From Blastocatellia bacterium (GTDB taxonomy: Bacteria; Acidobacteriota; Blastocatellia; UBA7656): a DNA stretch of 64,000 nt. Below are positions 30,638-40,145 of this stretch, piece by piece (the first letter of the stretch is position 1; every line of letters starts with the position of its first letter). The position numbers and the translations under genes were made by a program. A model generated the notes under the pieces. It worked only from the letters and a program-made list of their open reading frames with translations, was not told the DNA's origin and ran no database searches. The DNA lies in assembly GCA_963765495.1 (NCBI GenBank), contig CAVXWP010000005.1:64001-128000 (forward strand). The letters are read 5' to 3'.

Positions 30638-31153
30638 CTACTTCTTAGCCCCGTACTTATCGCGGTGTTGCCAGCAGTAACCGCCGCCTCGCACCTTGCG
30701 GCGGCATGGTTTGCCGGATTTTGTAGCCGCTCCGCAAAGCGTTTCAACCGACTCAGGCGAAGCCGAAGGCTGGTCCTTGATCTGCGCGGGCGCGCGAGTG
30801 TCGCCAGTCTGAGCGTTATCGTCTTTATAAGCTTGCCCCGGAGCGGATTGCGGATCGATGAGTGTGCCCATCAGATAAAAGGGTCGGGCAGGTGCGCTCA
30901 AGCGACCGATTGAGTATCCGGCGACTGCGGCAAGCAAAAGCGCCGCGATAAACAGGACGCGCCCGCGATTGACTGCGGGTGAGCAACGGACGCAAAAAGA
31001 CCGGAAAGGCAGATAAGGAGGGCGTTTTTCTTTTACGGGTTCTCCGCAGTCAGAGCAGAATCTGGTTGCCACCATCAATTTTTGCTCCGGGATATTTATG
31101 CCCAGGGACATGCCCTTGAGTTTCAGCAAGGACTTGATTCTCAGCCAGAGCAT
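30638..31153 (-). CDS. Membrane protein with N-terminal Cys motifs and a C-terminal DUF5763-like CCCH knuckle
   Basis: FCSDCG...FCVRC, one TM, CGAATKSGKPCRRKV...YCWQH; start uncertain. Confidence 0.65.
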   Translation of the reverse strand: MLWLRIKSLLKLKGMSLGINIPEQKLMVATRFCSDCGEPVKEKRPPYLPFRSFCVRCSPAVNRGRVLFIAALLLAAVAGYSIGRLSAPARPFYLMGTLIDPQSAPGQAYKDDNAQTGDTRAPAQIKDQPSASPESVETLCGAATKSGKPCRRKVRGGGYCWQHRDKYGAKK

Positions 31154-31394
31154 AGCCCGCTCACCCTTATAAATCAAATCTGGATTGAGGATGAACCGGC
31201 AATTCACGGAAAGAATAAAGACGGCTTTGGGCGCGAAGCCTAATTTGCCCGCTCGCATTCTAAGGTGATAGTATGATTTGGCTGTCAGTCATATTTGCGG
31301 CTTAAATAAGGATGTGGTGCGCGACTCGCCAGATGAATTGAATTTCTGCGCGATTTAATCTCAACAGCTAAATCAGGCAAAGGGACTAATACTA

Positions 31395-32033
31395 ATGATT
31401 CAAGACAAGCAGAGCGGTCGGGCTCTTCACGTATTCAATAACGCAATTCCTCAACAGTCCAAAGGCCCGGACCCCTCCGAACAGAAAAAAGGGCGTGTGC
31501 TCCATGTCTTCAACAATATACTTTCCGAGCCTGACCGAGACCCCGATCTTCCACCCGAAATACCATCGCGCCGATGGATGTACAAACAGATGTTTCTGTC
31601 GGTCTCAAAGAAGATAATTCGAGCGCCTTTTTCTCTTCATACGTGGGGAGCACTGCGCAGACACGTGCTTGCGACCTGCCTGCCGGATAATCTGGCATAT
31701 CGTTACAAGGCTTATCAGCGGGGCGAATGCAATCGTTGCGGACTATGCTGCAAGATTCAATTCCAATGTCCCTTCTTTATTGACGAAGGCGCTTACAATA
31801 CGCGCTGTTCGATCTACACCACGCCGCACGCGCCTTCGGCCTGTCTCAAGTTTCCGCTCGATCCGACGGACCTCAAATTATTACAACGCGAGATCGGTCA
31901 CGCCTGCACTTTTTATTATGAAGGCGCGCCGCAGAAACTCACACTCCTCGACTTCATAAAACTCTACACTCAGGGCATGCGCGAACAGTTCGCAAAGCGA
32001 AAGCTGGATGAAGCGCCCGATAGCGGGGACTGA
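31395..32033 (+). CDS. CxxCxxCC (YkgJ-like) Fe-S/Zn-chelating protein
   Basis: GECNRCGLCC...CPF...CSIY...ACLKFP...C. Confidence 0.7.
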   Translation: MIQDKQSGRALHVFNNAIPQQSKGPDPSEQKKGRVLHVFNNILSEPDRDPDLPPEIPSRRWMYKQMFLSVSKKIIRAPFSLHTWGALRRHVLATCLPDNLAYRYKAYQRGECNRCGLCCKIQFQCPFFIDEGAYNTRCSIYTTPHAPSACLKFPLDPTDLKLLQREIGHACTFYYEGAPQKLTLLDFIKLYTQGMREQFAKRKLDEAPDSGD

Positions 32034-32129
32034 ATCGTGATACGTGAATCGTGATGCGTGACCTTCGGCCGGTTGCTTTTTACAGCCTGCTGCAAGTCTC
32101 ACGAATCACGATTCACGTATCACGATTCA
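32031..32129. repeat. Heptamer tandem inverted repeat (ATCGTGA / TCACGAT) running stop to stop
   Basis: Left arm begins with the TGA at 32031-32033; right arm ends with the TCA at 32127-32129. Confidence 0.88.
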
Positions 32130-33251
32130 ATCAGGGAGCGCATCTATAAGCGCGTCCACTTCTTCTCGCGTATTGTAAAAATGGGGGGAGATTCTGAGCC
32201 GCCCTATCCGGTGAGCCGCGATGATGTCTTTCGCAAGCAGCAGTCTGTAAAGTTCGCCGGGCGAATGTCTCGGATGAGTGCAGGTGACGATGGCCGAGGC
32301 TTCGCCCCGCTCGCGCGAGCTTACCACGTCGTAACCCCTGGTCTGCAATTTTTCGGCCAGATAATCACAAAGATCGAGCAGGTATTTTTCGATCTTTTCG
32401 GGGCCGTATTCCAGAAAAAGATCAATCGCCGCGCCAAATCCGTAGACTCCCGCCGTGTTCAGGGTGCCGCATTCGAATCGTGCCGCGCCGTCTCGATATT
32501 CAAGCTCATAATCGAGGTACTGTTCGTGATTCTTTACCGATGTCCAGCCGACTACGGTGGGCTCGATTGCGTCGAGTACTCTATTGGAAATATAGAGCAG
32601 GGCGATGCCTTCGGGGCCAAGCAGGTATTTGTGCGCATCGGCCGCAAATGCGTCTACATAATCACGCTCGACATCGAGTTGCAGCCCGCCGAGTCCCTGA
32701 ATCGCATCGACCATAAAAAATATGCCGCGCTCGCGACAGAACCGCCCTATGCGGGCAAGGTCGGTGCGGAACCCGGATGAGAACTGCACCCAGCTTATCG
32801 TCAACACGCGAGTGTGATCGTCAACCAGCGCGAGCAACTCTTCGGGAGCTATGCGGCCGTCGCGCTCGTGAACCATCTTGATCTCGATGCGGCGCTCCTC
32901 GGTAAGCCGCAGCCACGGGTATACATTTGACGGAAACTCTACATTGCAGGTCACGACGTTATCGCCCTCGCGCCACTTTATGCCGTTGGCTACGGCTGAG
33001 ATGGCATCGGAAGTGTTTCGCATGAAGGCGATCTCTTCACTCTGCGCGCCCACGAGCCGGGCGGCGCTCGCCCGCGTCCGTTCGTATGTGTCGATCCAGT
33101 CGAAATAATTGACGGAGCCGTTTCGCGTAACGTCTTCCGCCAGATGTATCATCCGGTCGCGCGCCCGTACTGACAGAGGCGCAACAGCGGCATGATTCAT
33201 GTAGATGTATTTTTCAGTTACCGGAAACAACGAGCGGATTTCTCTGTTCAT
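32127..33251 (-). CDS. Aminotransferase class V (cysteine desulfurase/isopenicillin epimerase-like PLP enzyme)
   Basis: YMNHAAVAP, VDAIQ, DAHKYLLGPEG, RFECGT, LRISPHFYN. Confidence 0.88.
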   Translation of the reverse strand: MNREIRSLFPVTEKYIYMNHAAVAPLSVRARDRMIHLAEDVTRNGSVNYFDWIDTYERTRASAARLVGAQSEEIAFMRNTSDAISAVANGIKWREGDNVVTCNVEFPSNVYPWLRLTEERRIEIKMVHERDGRIAPEELLALVDDHTRVLTISWVQFSSGFRTDLARIGRFCRERGIFFMVDAIQGLGGLQLDVERDYVDAFAADAHKYLLGPEGIALLYISNRVLDAIEPTVVGWTSVKNHEQYLDYELEYRDGAARFECGTLNTAGVYGFGAAIDLFLEYGPEKIEKYLLDLCDYLAEKLQTRGYDVVSSRERGEASAIVTCTHPRHSPGELYRLLLAKDIIAAHRIGRLRISPHFYNTREEVDALIDALPD

Positions 33252-33253
33252 AG

Positions 33254-33300
33254 TCTCAAATGCCGGTTCTCAAATCTCAAATTTGAGATTTGAGATTTCA
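33254..33300. repeat. AATCTCA/TGAGATT heptamer hairpin
   Basis: TCTCAAATCTCAAATTTGAGATTTGAGATTTCA; ends on the oxidoreductase stop. Confidence 0.8.
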
Positions 33301-34464
33301 GTATTCAACCTTTGTCCATACGGAGCGGTCTACGTTTGAGCGCACTATGGCATCAACGACGCAGTTGGCTCTGTATCCGTCTTCGAAGGTGGGAAAATCA
33401 ATCTTGTCTGTGTCCTTTAGGGGGTCGTATTCTTCGGCGATGAATGAATATATGCTCGACATCAGGTTCTTGAAGGCATCGGCCCATCCTTCGTTGTGTC
33501 CGCCCGGCAGATTTACATAGCGCCCGACCGACTCGTCAAGCAATGAAGCATCGCGCGTCATAACCGCATTGGGGCGGTCGCGATAGCCGAGCCACAATTC
33601 ATTTGGCCGCTCCTGCTTCCAGTGAAGCGAAGCAACCGAGCCGTTGACTTCGATCTGCAAATCGTTTTTGTGACCGGCGCAGACCTGCCCTACGGTGAAC
33701 GCGCCACGAGCGCCGCCTTCGAATTCGATAAGCACCGATCCGAGGTCGTCGCTTGTGACTACGTAATCTTCGTATTGGTCTTCATCCGACCCGGCGGCAA
33801 ATGCCTCGCGCGAACCCGTCGGTTTTTTGCGCACCTGCACCATAGTGCTGAGGTCAGCCAGCACCCGTTCGATCTTCAGTCCGGCGATGAATTGCGCCGT
33901 ATCGCACCAGTGAGAGCCGATATCGCCCACCGAACTTGACGCGCCTCCTTTGTCGGATTCGAGCCGCCACGAAAAATCGGTTTCATAAAGCAGCCAGTCT
34001 TGAAGGTACTGACCATAGACGAATCTGACCTGACCCAGTTCGCCCTTCTCTCTCATAGCTCGCGCCTGCTGGACCATCGGATTGAACCGATAATTGAACG
34101 TAACGGCGTTGACTCGCGCGGTCTCAAGCGCGCGGTCACGCATCTTTTGCGCCTCGATTGATGTGAGCGCGAGCGGCTTGTCGCAGATTACATGCTTTCC
34201 GCTCTCTAAGGCCGCCATCACTACTTCGTAATGCAGATAGTTGGGCGTGCATACGTGAACAACATCTATCGAGCGGTCTGCCAGCAACTCTTCATAGCTC
34301 GAATAAGCGCGCCCTATGTTCAGGCGGTCGGCTTTCTTTTGAGCCGATTCGAGGTTTGAGGTTGCAACCCCTGCCACTTCCACATAACCGAGGCGGCGAA
34401 CCGCTTCCATGTGGAGCGGGCCTACAAACCCTGCGCCTATCAATCCCGTGCGAATCTTACGCAT
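33298..34464 (-). CDS. Gfo/Idh/MocA family oxidoreductase
   Basis: IGAGFVG, CTPNYLH, HVICDKP, DIGSHW. Confidence 0.9.
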   Translation of the reverse strand: MRKIRTGLIGAGFVGPLHMEAVRRLGYVEVAGVATSNLESAQKKADRLNIGRAYSSYEELLADRSIDVVHVCTPNYLHYEVVMAALESGKHVICDKPLALTSIEAQKMRDRALETARVNAVTFNYRFNPMVQQARAMREKGELGQVRFVYGQYLQDWLLYETDFSWRLESDKGGASSSVGDIGSHWCDTAQFIAGLKIERVLADLSTMVQVRKKPTGSREAFAAGSDEDQYEDYVVTSDDLGSVLIEFEGGARGAFTVGQVCAGHKNDLQIEVNGSVASLHWKQERPNELWLGYRDRPNAVMTRDASLLDESVGRYVNLPGGHNEGWADAFKNLMSSIYSFIAEEYDPLKDTDKIDFPTFEDGYRANCVVDAIVRSNVDRSVWTKVEY

Positions 34465-34491
34465 CTGTCGTCCTCCGAAATTTGTAGCTGT

Positions 34492-34749
34492 TTAATCCTC
34501 ATCTTGCCACGTGACAAGCGACCTCATCCACTGCCTGCGTTTAGGATTATCCGGCGCTCGTCGCACGCGGCAAAAAGTCTGAGCCGCGACCCGCTCAAGA
34601 TCATCCATCCACTCAGGCTCGGCGAGAAAATAGCCCGACTCTTCGCCGACAAGGCTTCTTTCAGGAAACTGGTCTTCCCATTCGATGTGAAAAGCGCGGC
34701 CCCAGAATTCATCCCTGCCTATGATCTCGATTCTGATCTGCTGTCCCAT
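34492..34749 (-). CDS. Small hypothetical protein
   Basis: 85-aa ORF, co-directional just upstream of the Gfo gene, with purine-rich SD. Confidence 0.55.
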   Translation of the reverse strand: MGQQIRIEIIGRDEFWGRAFHIEWEDQFPERSLVGEESGYFLAEPEWMDDLERVAAQTFCRVRRAPDNPKRRQWMRSLVTWQDED

Positions 34750-34904
34750 TCTTATAAAACCCCTTTGAATGAGCGCAGCAAAGCTATATCAGAAAAAGCG
34801 CGCATGTCAAATCGGCGGCGGTTTTCCGCTTGATGCGATTGCGGTGTGGTATTAGTATGAACCCTCTTGCATCGAATCAGGCAAATCTAAAAAGAGGAAA
34901 AGTT

Positions 34905-35885
34905 ATGCCTCAGATCAACACTGTGAAGGGGGCCGTCGACACGGCCCGGTTGGGCGCGACTCTGATGCACGAACACGTATTCGTGCTCTCGACTGAAATC
35001 ATGCAGAACTTCCCCGAAGGCTGGGGCGATGAAGACAGCCGCGTGAGCGACGCGATTGCGCGGCTCAACGAATTGAAGTCGCGGGGCGTGGATTCAATCG
35101 TAGACCTGACGGTAATCGGACTTGGCCGCTACATCCCTCGCATCGAGCGCATTGCCCGCGAGACTTCTATCAACATCATTGTGGCCACGGGCGTTTATAC
35201 CTACAACGACGTGCCGATGTACTTTCACTTTCAGGGGCCGGGCACCGAGCTTGGCGGGCCTGAGCTTATGACCGACATGTTTGTCAAAGACATCGAAGAA
35301 GGCATAGCCGGAACGAATGTGAAGGCCGCGATCTTGAAATGCGCCACCGATCAGCCGGGCGTAACTCCCGGTGTAGAGCGCGTACTCCGCGCCGTTGCTC
35401 AGGCGCATCGGCGGACGGGCGTGCCTATAACCACGCACACTCACGCGCCTACGATGCGCGGGCTCGAACAGCAAAGGATTTTTGAAGAAGAGGGCGTAGA
35501 CCTTTCCCGCGTCATCATCGGTCATTCGGGCGACACTACGGATCTGGATTATCTTGAGAAACTGATCGCTCGCGGTTCTTACATCGGCATGGACCGTTTC
35601 GGCATAGACGTATTGCTGCCGTTTGAAGATCGCGTGAACACGGTCGCCCGTCTGTGTGAGCGCGGTCACGCAGACCGGATGGTCCTTTCGCAGGACGCGG
35701 CCTGCTTTAACGACTGGCTGCCGGAGGCGGCGCTGCCCGAGGTGCTTCCAAACTGGCATTATCTTCATATTCACAATGATGTGATACCCGCTTTAAAAGA
35801 GCGCGGTGTAACCGACGAGCAGATTCACACCATGCTCGTCGAAAATCCTCGAAAGATATTCGAGCGGCAAGGAGCTTACCTGTGA
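34905..35885 (+). CDS. Phosphotriesterase-like lactonase (PLL, QsdA/PPH-like)
   Basis: TLMHEH, LKCA (carboxy-Lys), THTH, IGHSGD, MDRFG, SQDA; SD AGAGG before ATG 34905. Confidence 0.9.
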   Translation: MPQINTVKGAVDTARLGATLMHEHVFVLSTEIMQNFPEGWGDEDSRVSDAIARLNELKSRGVDSIVDLTVIGLGRYIPRIERIARETSINIIVATGVYTYNDVPMYFHFQGPGTELGGPELMTDMFVKDIEEGIAGTNVKAAILKCATDQPGVTPGVERVLRAVAQAHRRTGVPITTHTHAPTMRGLEQQRIFEEEGVDLSRVIIGHSGDTTDLDYLEKLIARGSYIGMDRFGIDVLLPFEDRVNTVARLCERGHADRMVLSQDAACFNDWLPEAALPEVLPNWHYLHIHNDVIPALKERGVTDEQIHTMLVENPRKIFERQGAYL

Positions 35886-37384
35886 TTCGTCCTTTTGATC
35901 AGAGCGGAATAACTCGCGACTCAAACCAGATAGCCCATTACGATAACCGCCCGGCTTCGCTAGTCGAGATGCTGCGGGCGAGAGTCGATGAAACGCCCGA
36001 CGCGGAAGCGGTTGTTGAGGTGGGCGGCGGACGCCTCACCTACCGCGAGTTGTGGGAGCAATCGGCAAACGTGGCCGGAGGGCTGAAAAGCAAAGGCATA
36101 AATCGCGGCGACCGCGTGAGCATCCGCCTCGGAAACGGGCTTGACTGGTGTCTGGCCTTTTTCGGAGCGCAGATGGCCGGAGCCATCGCCGTACCCGTAA
36201 ACACCCGATTCAGCGAATCTGAGGTCGAATATGTGGTCACGGATTCCGGCTCGTCTTATGTCTTTATGCCGGGTGCGGAGCTTCCCCGAGACAAGGCTTT
36301 TGTCATCGAAGACCTCGCGTCCGAGGATGTTTCGGCGATCTTTTACACAAGCGGCACGACCGGGTTTCCAAAAGGCGCGATGACCACGCACGAAAATTTT
36401 CTGTCGAATATCGAGACCTGCCGCCGCGTGGTAGACCTGCCGACAGACGGCAGCGTGCGAAATCTGGTTTCGGTCCCGCTCTTTCACGTCACCGGCTGCA
36501 ACAGCCAGTTGTTGCCTACGTGCGAAGCGGGCGGAACCACCGTGATAATGCCCGCCTTCGATGTGCAGGCTTTCCTTGCCGTCATCGCGCAGGAAAGAAT
36601 CAATCTGGTCACATCGGTCCCGGCGGTTTTCTGGCTTGCGATCAATCAGCCAAACTTCCGCGAACTCGATACGTCGGGCGTTCTATGGACTACCTATGGC
36701 GGCGCACCCATCGCCCCTGAACTCGTGCGGCGCATCAAGGAATCTTTCCCAAATGCCCGCGTAGGCAACGGCTTTGGACTTACCGAGACATCATCGGTTT
36801 CTACATTTCTGCCGCACGAATATGCCGACGAGCGGCCCGAAACCGTAGGGTTCGCCGCGCCGGTCGTGGACCTTGAAATCTTCGAACCGGACCCGGAAAC
36901 CGGGGTGGGCGAACTGCTTGTCAGAGGGTCGAACGTCGTAAAGGGTTACTGGAACAAACCGGAGGCGACCGCGCAGGCTTTCGTAAACGGATGGCTGCAC
37001 ACGGGCGATATGGCCCGCATCGACGAAGACGGATTTGTGCAGATCGTTGACCGCAAGAAAGACATGATCTGCCGGGGCGGCGAAAACGTTTACTGCGTCG
37101 AGGTGGAAAATGTACTGGCCGCTCACCCGTCCGTCTTCGAAGTGGCCGTAATCGGCGTGCCCGATGAAGTGATGGGCGAAAAGGTAGGCGCGGTCATCGT
37201 CCCGCGTCCGGGCAAGGAGGCCGACCCGTCCGACATCCTCGCGTTTGCGGGCAAGCACCTGGCGGATTTCAAAGTTCCTCAATATCTGACCTTGCGCGCC
37301 GAGCCTCTGCCCCGCAATCCCGGTGGAAAGATATTGAAGCCAAAACTTAGAAACTCTGTCGAGTGGGGCCGCCCCGCTCGTTGA
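35882..37384 (+). CDS. Long-chain fatty acid-CoA ligase (ANL family)
   Basis: YTSGTTGFPKG, GFGLTET, WLHTGD, GGENVY, GKILK; GTGA overlap with the lactonase. Confidence 0.9.
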   Translation: MIRPFDQSGITRDSNQIAHYDNRPASLVEMLRARVDETPDAEAVVEVGGGRLTYRELWEQSANVAGGLKSKGINRGDRVSIRLGNGLDWCLAFFGAQMAGAIAVPVNTRFSESEVEYVVTDSGSSYVFMPGAELPRDKAFVIEDLASEDVSAIFYTSGTTGFPKGAMTTHENFLSNIETCRRVVDLPTDGSVRNLVSVPLFHVTGCNSQLLPTCEAGGTTVIMPAFDVQAFLAVIAQERINLVTSVPAVFWLAINQPNFRELDTSGVLWTTYGGAPIAPELVRRIKESFPNARVGNGFGLTETSSVSTFLPHEYADERPETVGFAAPVVDLEIFEPDPETGVGELLVRGSNVVKGYWNKPEATAQAFVNGWLHTGDMARIDEDGFVQIVDRKKDMICRGGENVYCVEVENVLAAHPSVFEVAVIGVPDEVMGEKVGAVIVPRPGKEADPSDILAFAGKHLADFKVPQYLTLRAEPLPRNPGGKILKPKLRNSVEWGRPAR

Positions 37385-37439
37385 CGTGCAGTTGACAGGC
37401 CGTTAAACCTTGAGCGTCTGAAAAGCAAAGGCGACTGCC

Positions 37440-37760
37440 TTACAGGTGCTCGATGTCTTCAAGCGACATCTCGTATTCGCCCGCCATCGACGGGTGGCCG
37501 TGTTTTTGCGCGGCCTCGATTCCACGGCGATAAGCCTCGCGCGCTTCTTCGACCTTTCCAAGTTTCAGATTCGCCTGCGCGAGCAATCTGTAAGCCGCCC
37601 CTTCGTCATCGTGCAGCGAAAGGTATTCAAGAAATGCCGCTCGCGCTTCTTCGTAGTCTTCGGTCTTCATCAGTTCGTTTGCGAGGCCGTACCGGGCAAG
37701 CGCATTTGTAGGGTCTGAGGCAACCATTTCGCGAAACGCTTCGAGTCTGGATGATGCCAT
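37440..37760 (-). CDS. Small TPR protein
   Basis: DP...ARYGLA.E...AYRLLAQ...AREAYRRGIEAA TPR pattern. Confidence 0.8.
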   Translation of the reverse strand: MASSRLEAFREMVASDPTNALARYGLANELMKTEDYEEARAAFLEYLSLHDDEGAAYRLLAQANLKLGKVEEAREAYRRGIEAAQKHGHPSMAGEYEMSLEDIEHL

Positions 37761-37897
37761 ACGATTTTCTCCTTTATGAACGGTTCAGTTTTTGCTCAAC
37801 CTCTCGAACTATAGAGTCAGGCAATTTGACCACGCAAGGTCAACAATGAGAGCATGAGTTTTACGTGGAGCAGAGTGAGTGTGTGAAGGAGTTTGAT

Positions 37898-38119
37898 GTG
37901 AGCATTGATCCAGAAAAGGTACGGACACAGGAAGACGAAGACGAACCGGCAGCGATTGACAGGGTTGAGGAACGAGTCGAGGCCGATTTGAAACGCCTGG
38001 AAGGCAAGGCGAAGATCAGCGTAGGCCAGGGAATGGATGACGAGAAACTGGAGAGCGAAGGCCGCAAGCTCAAAAAGGAAGGCGAAAAAGAGCTCGAAGA
38101 ACAGCAGCATAAAGAGTGA
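37898..38119 (+). CDS. Small acidic CsbD-like stress protein
   Basis: SD AAGGAG then GTG; EGKAKISVGQGMDDEKLESEG resembles CsbD. Confidence 0.55.
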   Translation: MSIDPEKVRTQEDEDEPAAIDRVEERVEADLKRLEGKAKISVGQGMDDEKLESEGRKLKKEGEKELEEQQHKE

Positions 38120-38125
38120 CGCGTA

Positions 38126-38198
38126 GACAGGATTAAGAGGATTCGAAAGGATTAAGAGAGAATCTTGTTGAATCCAATCTAATCCTGTTAATCCTGTC
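38126..38198. repeat. Nonamer tandem inverted repeat (CAGGATTAA / TTAATCCTG)
   Basis: GACAGGATTAAGAGGATTCGAAAGGATT ... AATCCTGTTAATCCTGTC. Confidence 0.8.
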
Positions 38199-38228
38199 AA
38201 AGAATCCGGCGCTATTGAAAGAGGAGCT

Positions 38229-40034
38229 ATGGAAAGAATACTGGCAGTGACGTTTCTGTTGACCATGTGTGTACTGGCTACGGCGCAGATCACATCGCGC
38301 AAATCATCTCAAAGCAAATTGCCTCCCGGTTACTGGCCGCCTGAAAAGAGCCAGCCCCTTGTTGACAAGACTCAAACTGTAAGGCTGTCGCCCGATCTTG
38401 CCACGCTAAGCGCGGGCGAACGCGAGGCGGTAAACAAACTTCTTGAAGTCGGCAAGATATTTCAGAACCTGTTTGAACAGCAACGTCACGCACAGGCGCT
38501 TTCGTCCGAGCAGAAACTTGAGCAACTGGATAAACAGATGGGTTCGACTGCTGCGACCGCAAATCTGCTGATGCTCTATCGTTTGAACCAGGGGCCGATT
38601 GCCACTACGCTCGATAACAAGCGGGAGCCGTTTCTGCCGGTTGATCCTGCGCAGCCGGGGAAGAATGTCTATCCGTGGGGCGTCACAAAACAGGAGATAG
38701 AAACCTTCCTCGCGGCGCATCCTGAAAAGCGCGACTATATTCTCGACTTGCGCACGGTCGTCCGTCGCGCAACACCTGAGAACTTGCAGCGCGATCTTTC
38801 CGTGCTCAGACAGCATCCGGTTCTCGATACCCTGCACCCCGGCTTGAAACAGGAATTGAAAGTGATGCGAACCGAAAAGGGATTCTATGCGGTTCCCTAC
38901 TCGGTCGCCTATGCCGAAGAGCTACTGCGCGCTCACGAATTGTTGAACGAAGCAGCCGATGCTCTTCAAAAAGACGACGACGAGTTTGCGCGCTTTCTCA
39001 GAAACCGCGCCCGCGATCTGCTGTCGGATGATTATGAGTCGGGCGATGCCGCGTGGGTCACGGGCCATTTCAATAACCTGAACGCGCAGATCGGCTCTTA
39101 CGAGGTTTATGACGATGAGCTTTATGGAGTAAAGACGTTTTTCGCTTTCAGTCTTTTGAAGGTGCGACAGCCTGAAACGACAGACCTGCGAAAGGCGATG
39201 AGCGGTTTGCAGATGATCGAAGACTCGCTCCCCTATGACCATCACAAGAGGATAAGAGAAGACATCCCCGTCGGCGTCTATGACGTGATAGCCGATTTCG
39301 GACAGGCGCGGGGCGGAAACACCGCTACCATCCTGCCGAATGAGAGCTATCTGGCTCGCCGGTATGGACGCACAATCCTGTTGAGGTCGAACATTATGCG
39401 CAACCCCGATCTTTTCGAGGGCACGTTGCATATCTGGCAGGCGGCGGTCGCTCCCGAGCATAAAAACGAATTGACGCCCGACGGGAATTTTTACCGCACG
39501 CTCTGGCACGAAGTCGGCCATTACCTCGGCGTAGACAAGACAAAAACAGGCAAGGATCTGGATACGGCATTGGAAGAGAATTCAAGCGCGCTTGAAGAGA
39601 TGAAAGCCGATCTGGTCTCTTTGTTTGCCGCCGAAGCCTTGCATAAGCAGGGCTATTACAACGACGAGCAGTTTCGCTCAATTTACGCGGGCGGCATCCT
39701 TCGAGTGTTGCAGAATAACCGGCCGCGCCGCGATCAGCCTTACAACACCATGCAGTTGATGCAGTGGAATTACTTTTTAGAGAACGGGTTGTTGAGCTTT
39801 GACGCGCAAACGGGCCGTCTCAAAATCCATTACGACAAGTATCACGACGTAGTCGGCAAGTTGCTGGCTAAGGTTCTTGAGATTCAATATCAGGGAGACA
39901 AAGCGGCATCAGACAGGTTTATCGACCAGTACACCAGCTGGGACGAGAACCTCCACGGAGTAGTGGCGAAAAATATTCGCGAGCAGCAAAAATACCGCTT
40001 CCGCCTGTTTAAGTACGCTGCCCTGAATGAATAA
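38229..40034 (+). CDS. Peptidase M49 (atypical DPP III / NUDT3-like)
   Basis: Signal peptide; IGSYEVYDDEL, LPNE, HEVGH, EEMKAD. Confidence 0.82.
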   Translation: MERILAVTFLLTMCVLATAQITSRKSSQSKLPPGYWPPEKSQPLVDKTQTVRLSPDLATLSAGEREAVNKLLEVGKIFQNLFEQQRHAQALSSEQKLEQLDKQMGSTAATANLLMLYRLNQGPIATTLDNKREPFLPVDPAQPGKNVYPWGVTKQEIETFLAAHPEKRDYILDLRTVVRRATPENLQRDLSVLRQHPVLDTLHPGLKQELKVMRTEKGFYAVPYSVAYAEELLRAHELLNEAADALQKDDDEFARFLRNRARDLLSDDYESGDAAWVTGHFNNLNAQIGSYEVYDDELYGVKTFFAFSLLKVRQPETTDLRKAMSGLQMIEDSLPYDHHKRIREDIPVGVYDVIADFGQARGGNTATILPNESYLARRYGRTILLRSNIMRNPDLFEGTLHIWQAAVAPEHKNELTPDGNFYRTLWHEVGHYLGVDKTKTGKDLDTALEENSSALEEMKADLVSLFAAEALHKQGYYNDEQFRSIYAGGILRVLQNNRPRRDQPYNTMQLMQWNYFLENGLLSFDAQTGRLKIHYDKYHDVVGKLLAKVLEIQYQGDKAASDRFIDQYTSWDENLHGVVAKNIREQQKYRFRLFKYAALNE

Positions 40035-40060
40035 AATTTAGCGCGATTTGCAGAAAAATC

Positions 40061-40111
40061 AACCACGAATTCGCACGAATTATTCGTGTTTATTTGCGCG
40101 AATTCGTGGCT
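40061..40111. repeat. CACGAAT-core inverted repeat between convergent genes
   Basis: AACCACGAATTCGCACGAAT ... ATTTGCGCGAATTCGTGGCT. Confidence 0.75.
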
Positions 40112-40145
40112 TCCTTTTTGGCCGTCCCAATGAATCAGACCCGGT

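Noticed and set aside
32058-32780. 240-aa + strand ORF
   Set aside because: Antisense to the class V aminotransferase and starts inside a repeat element
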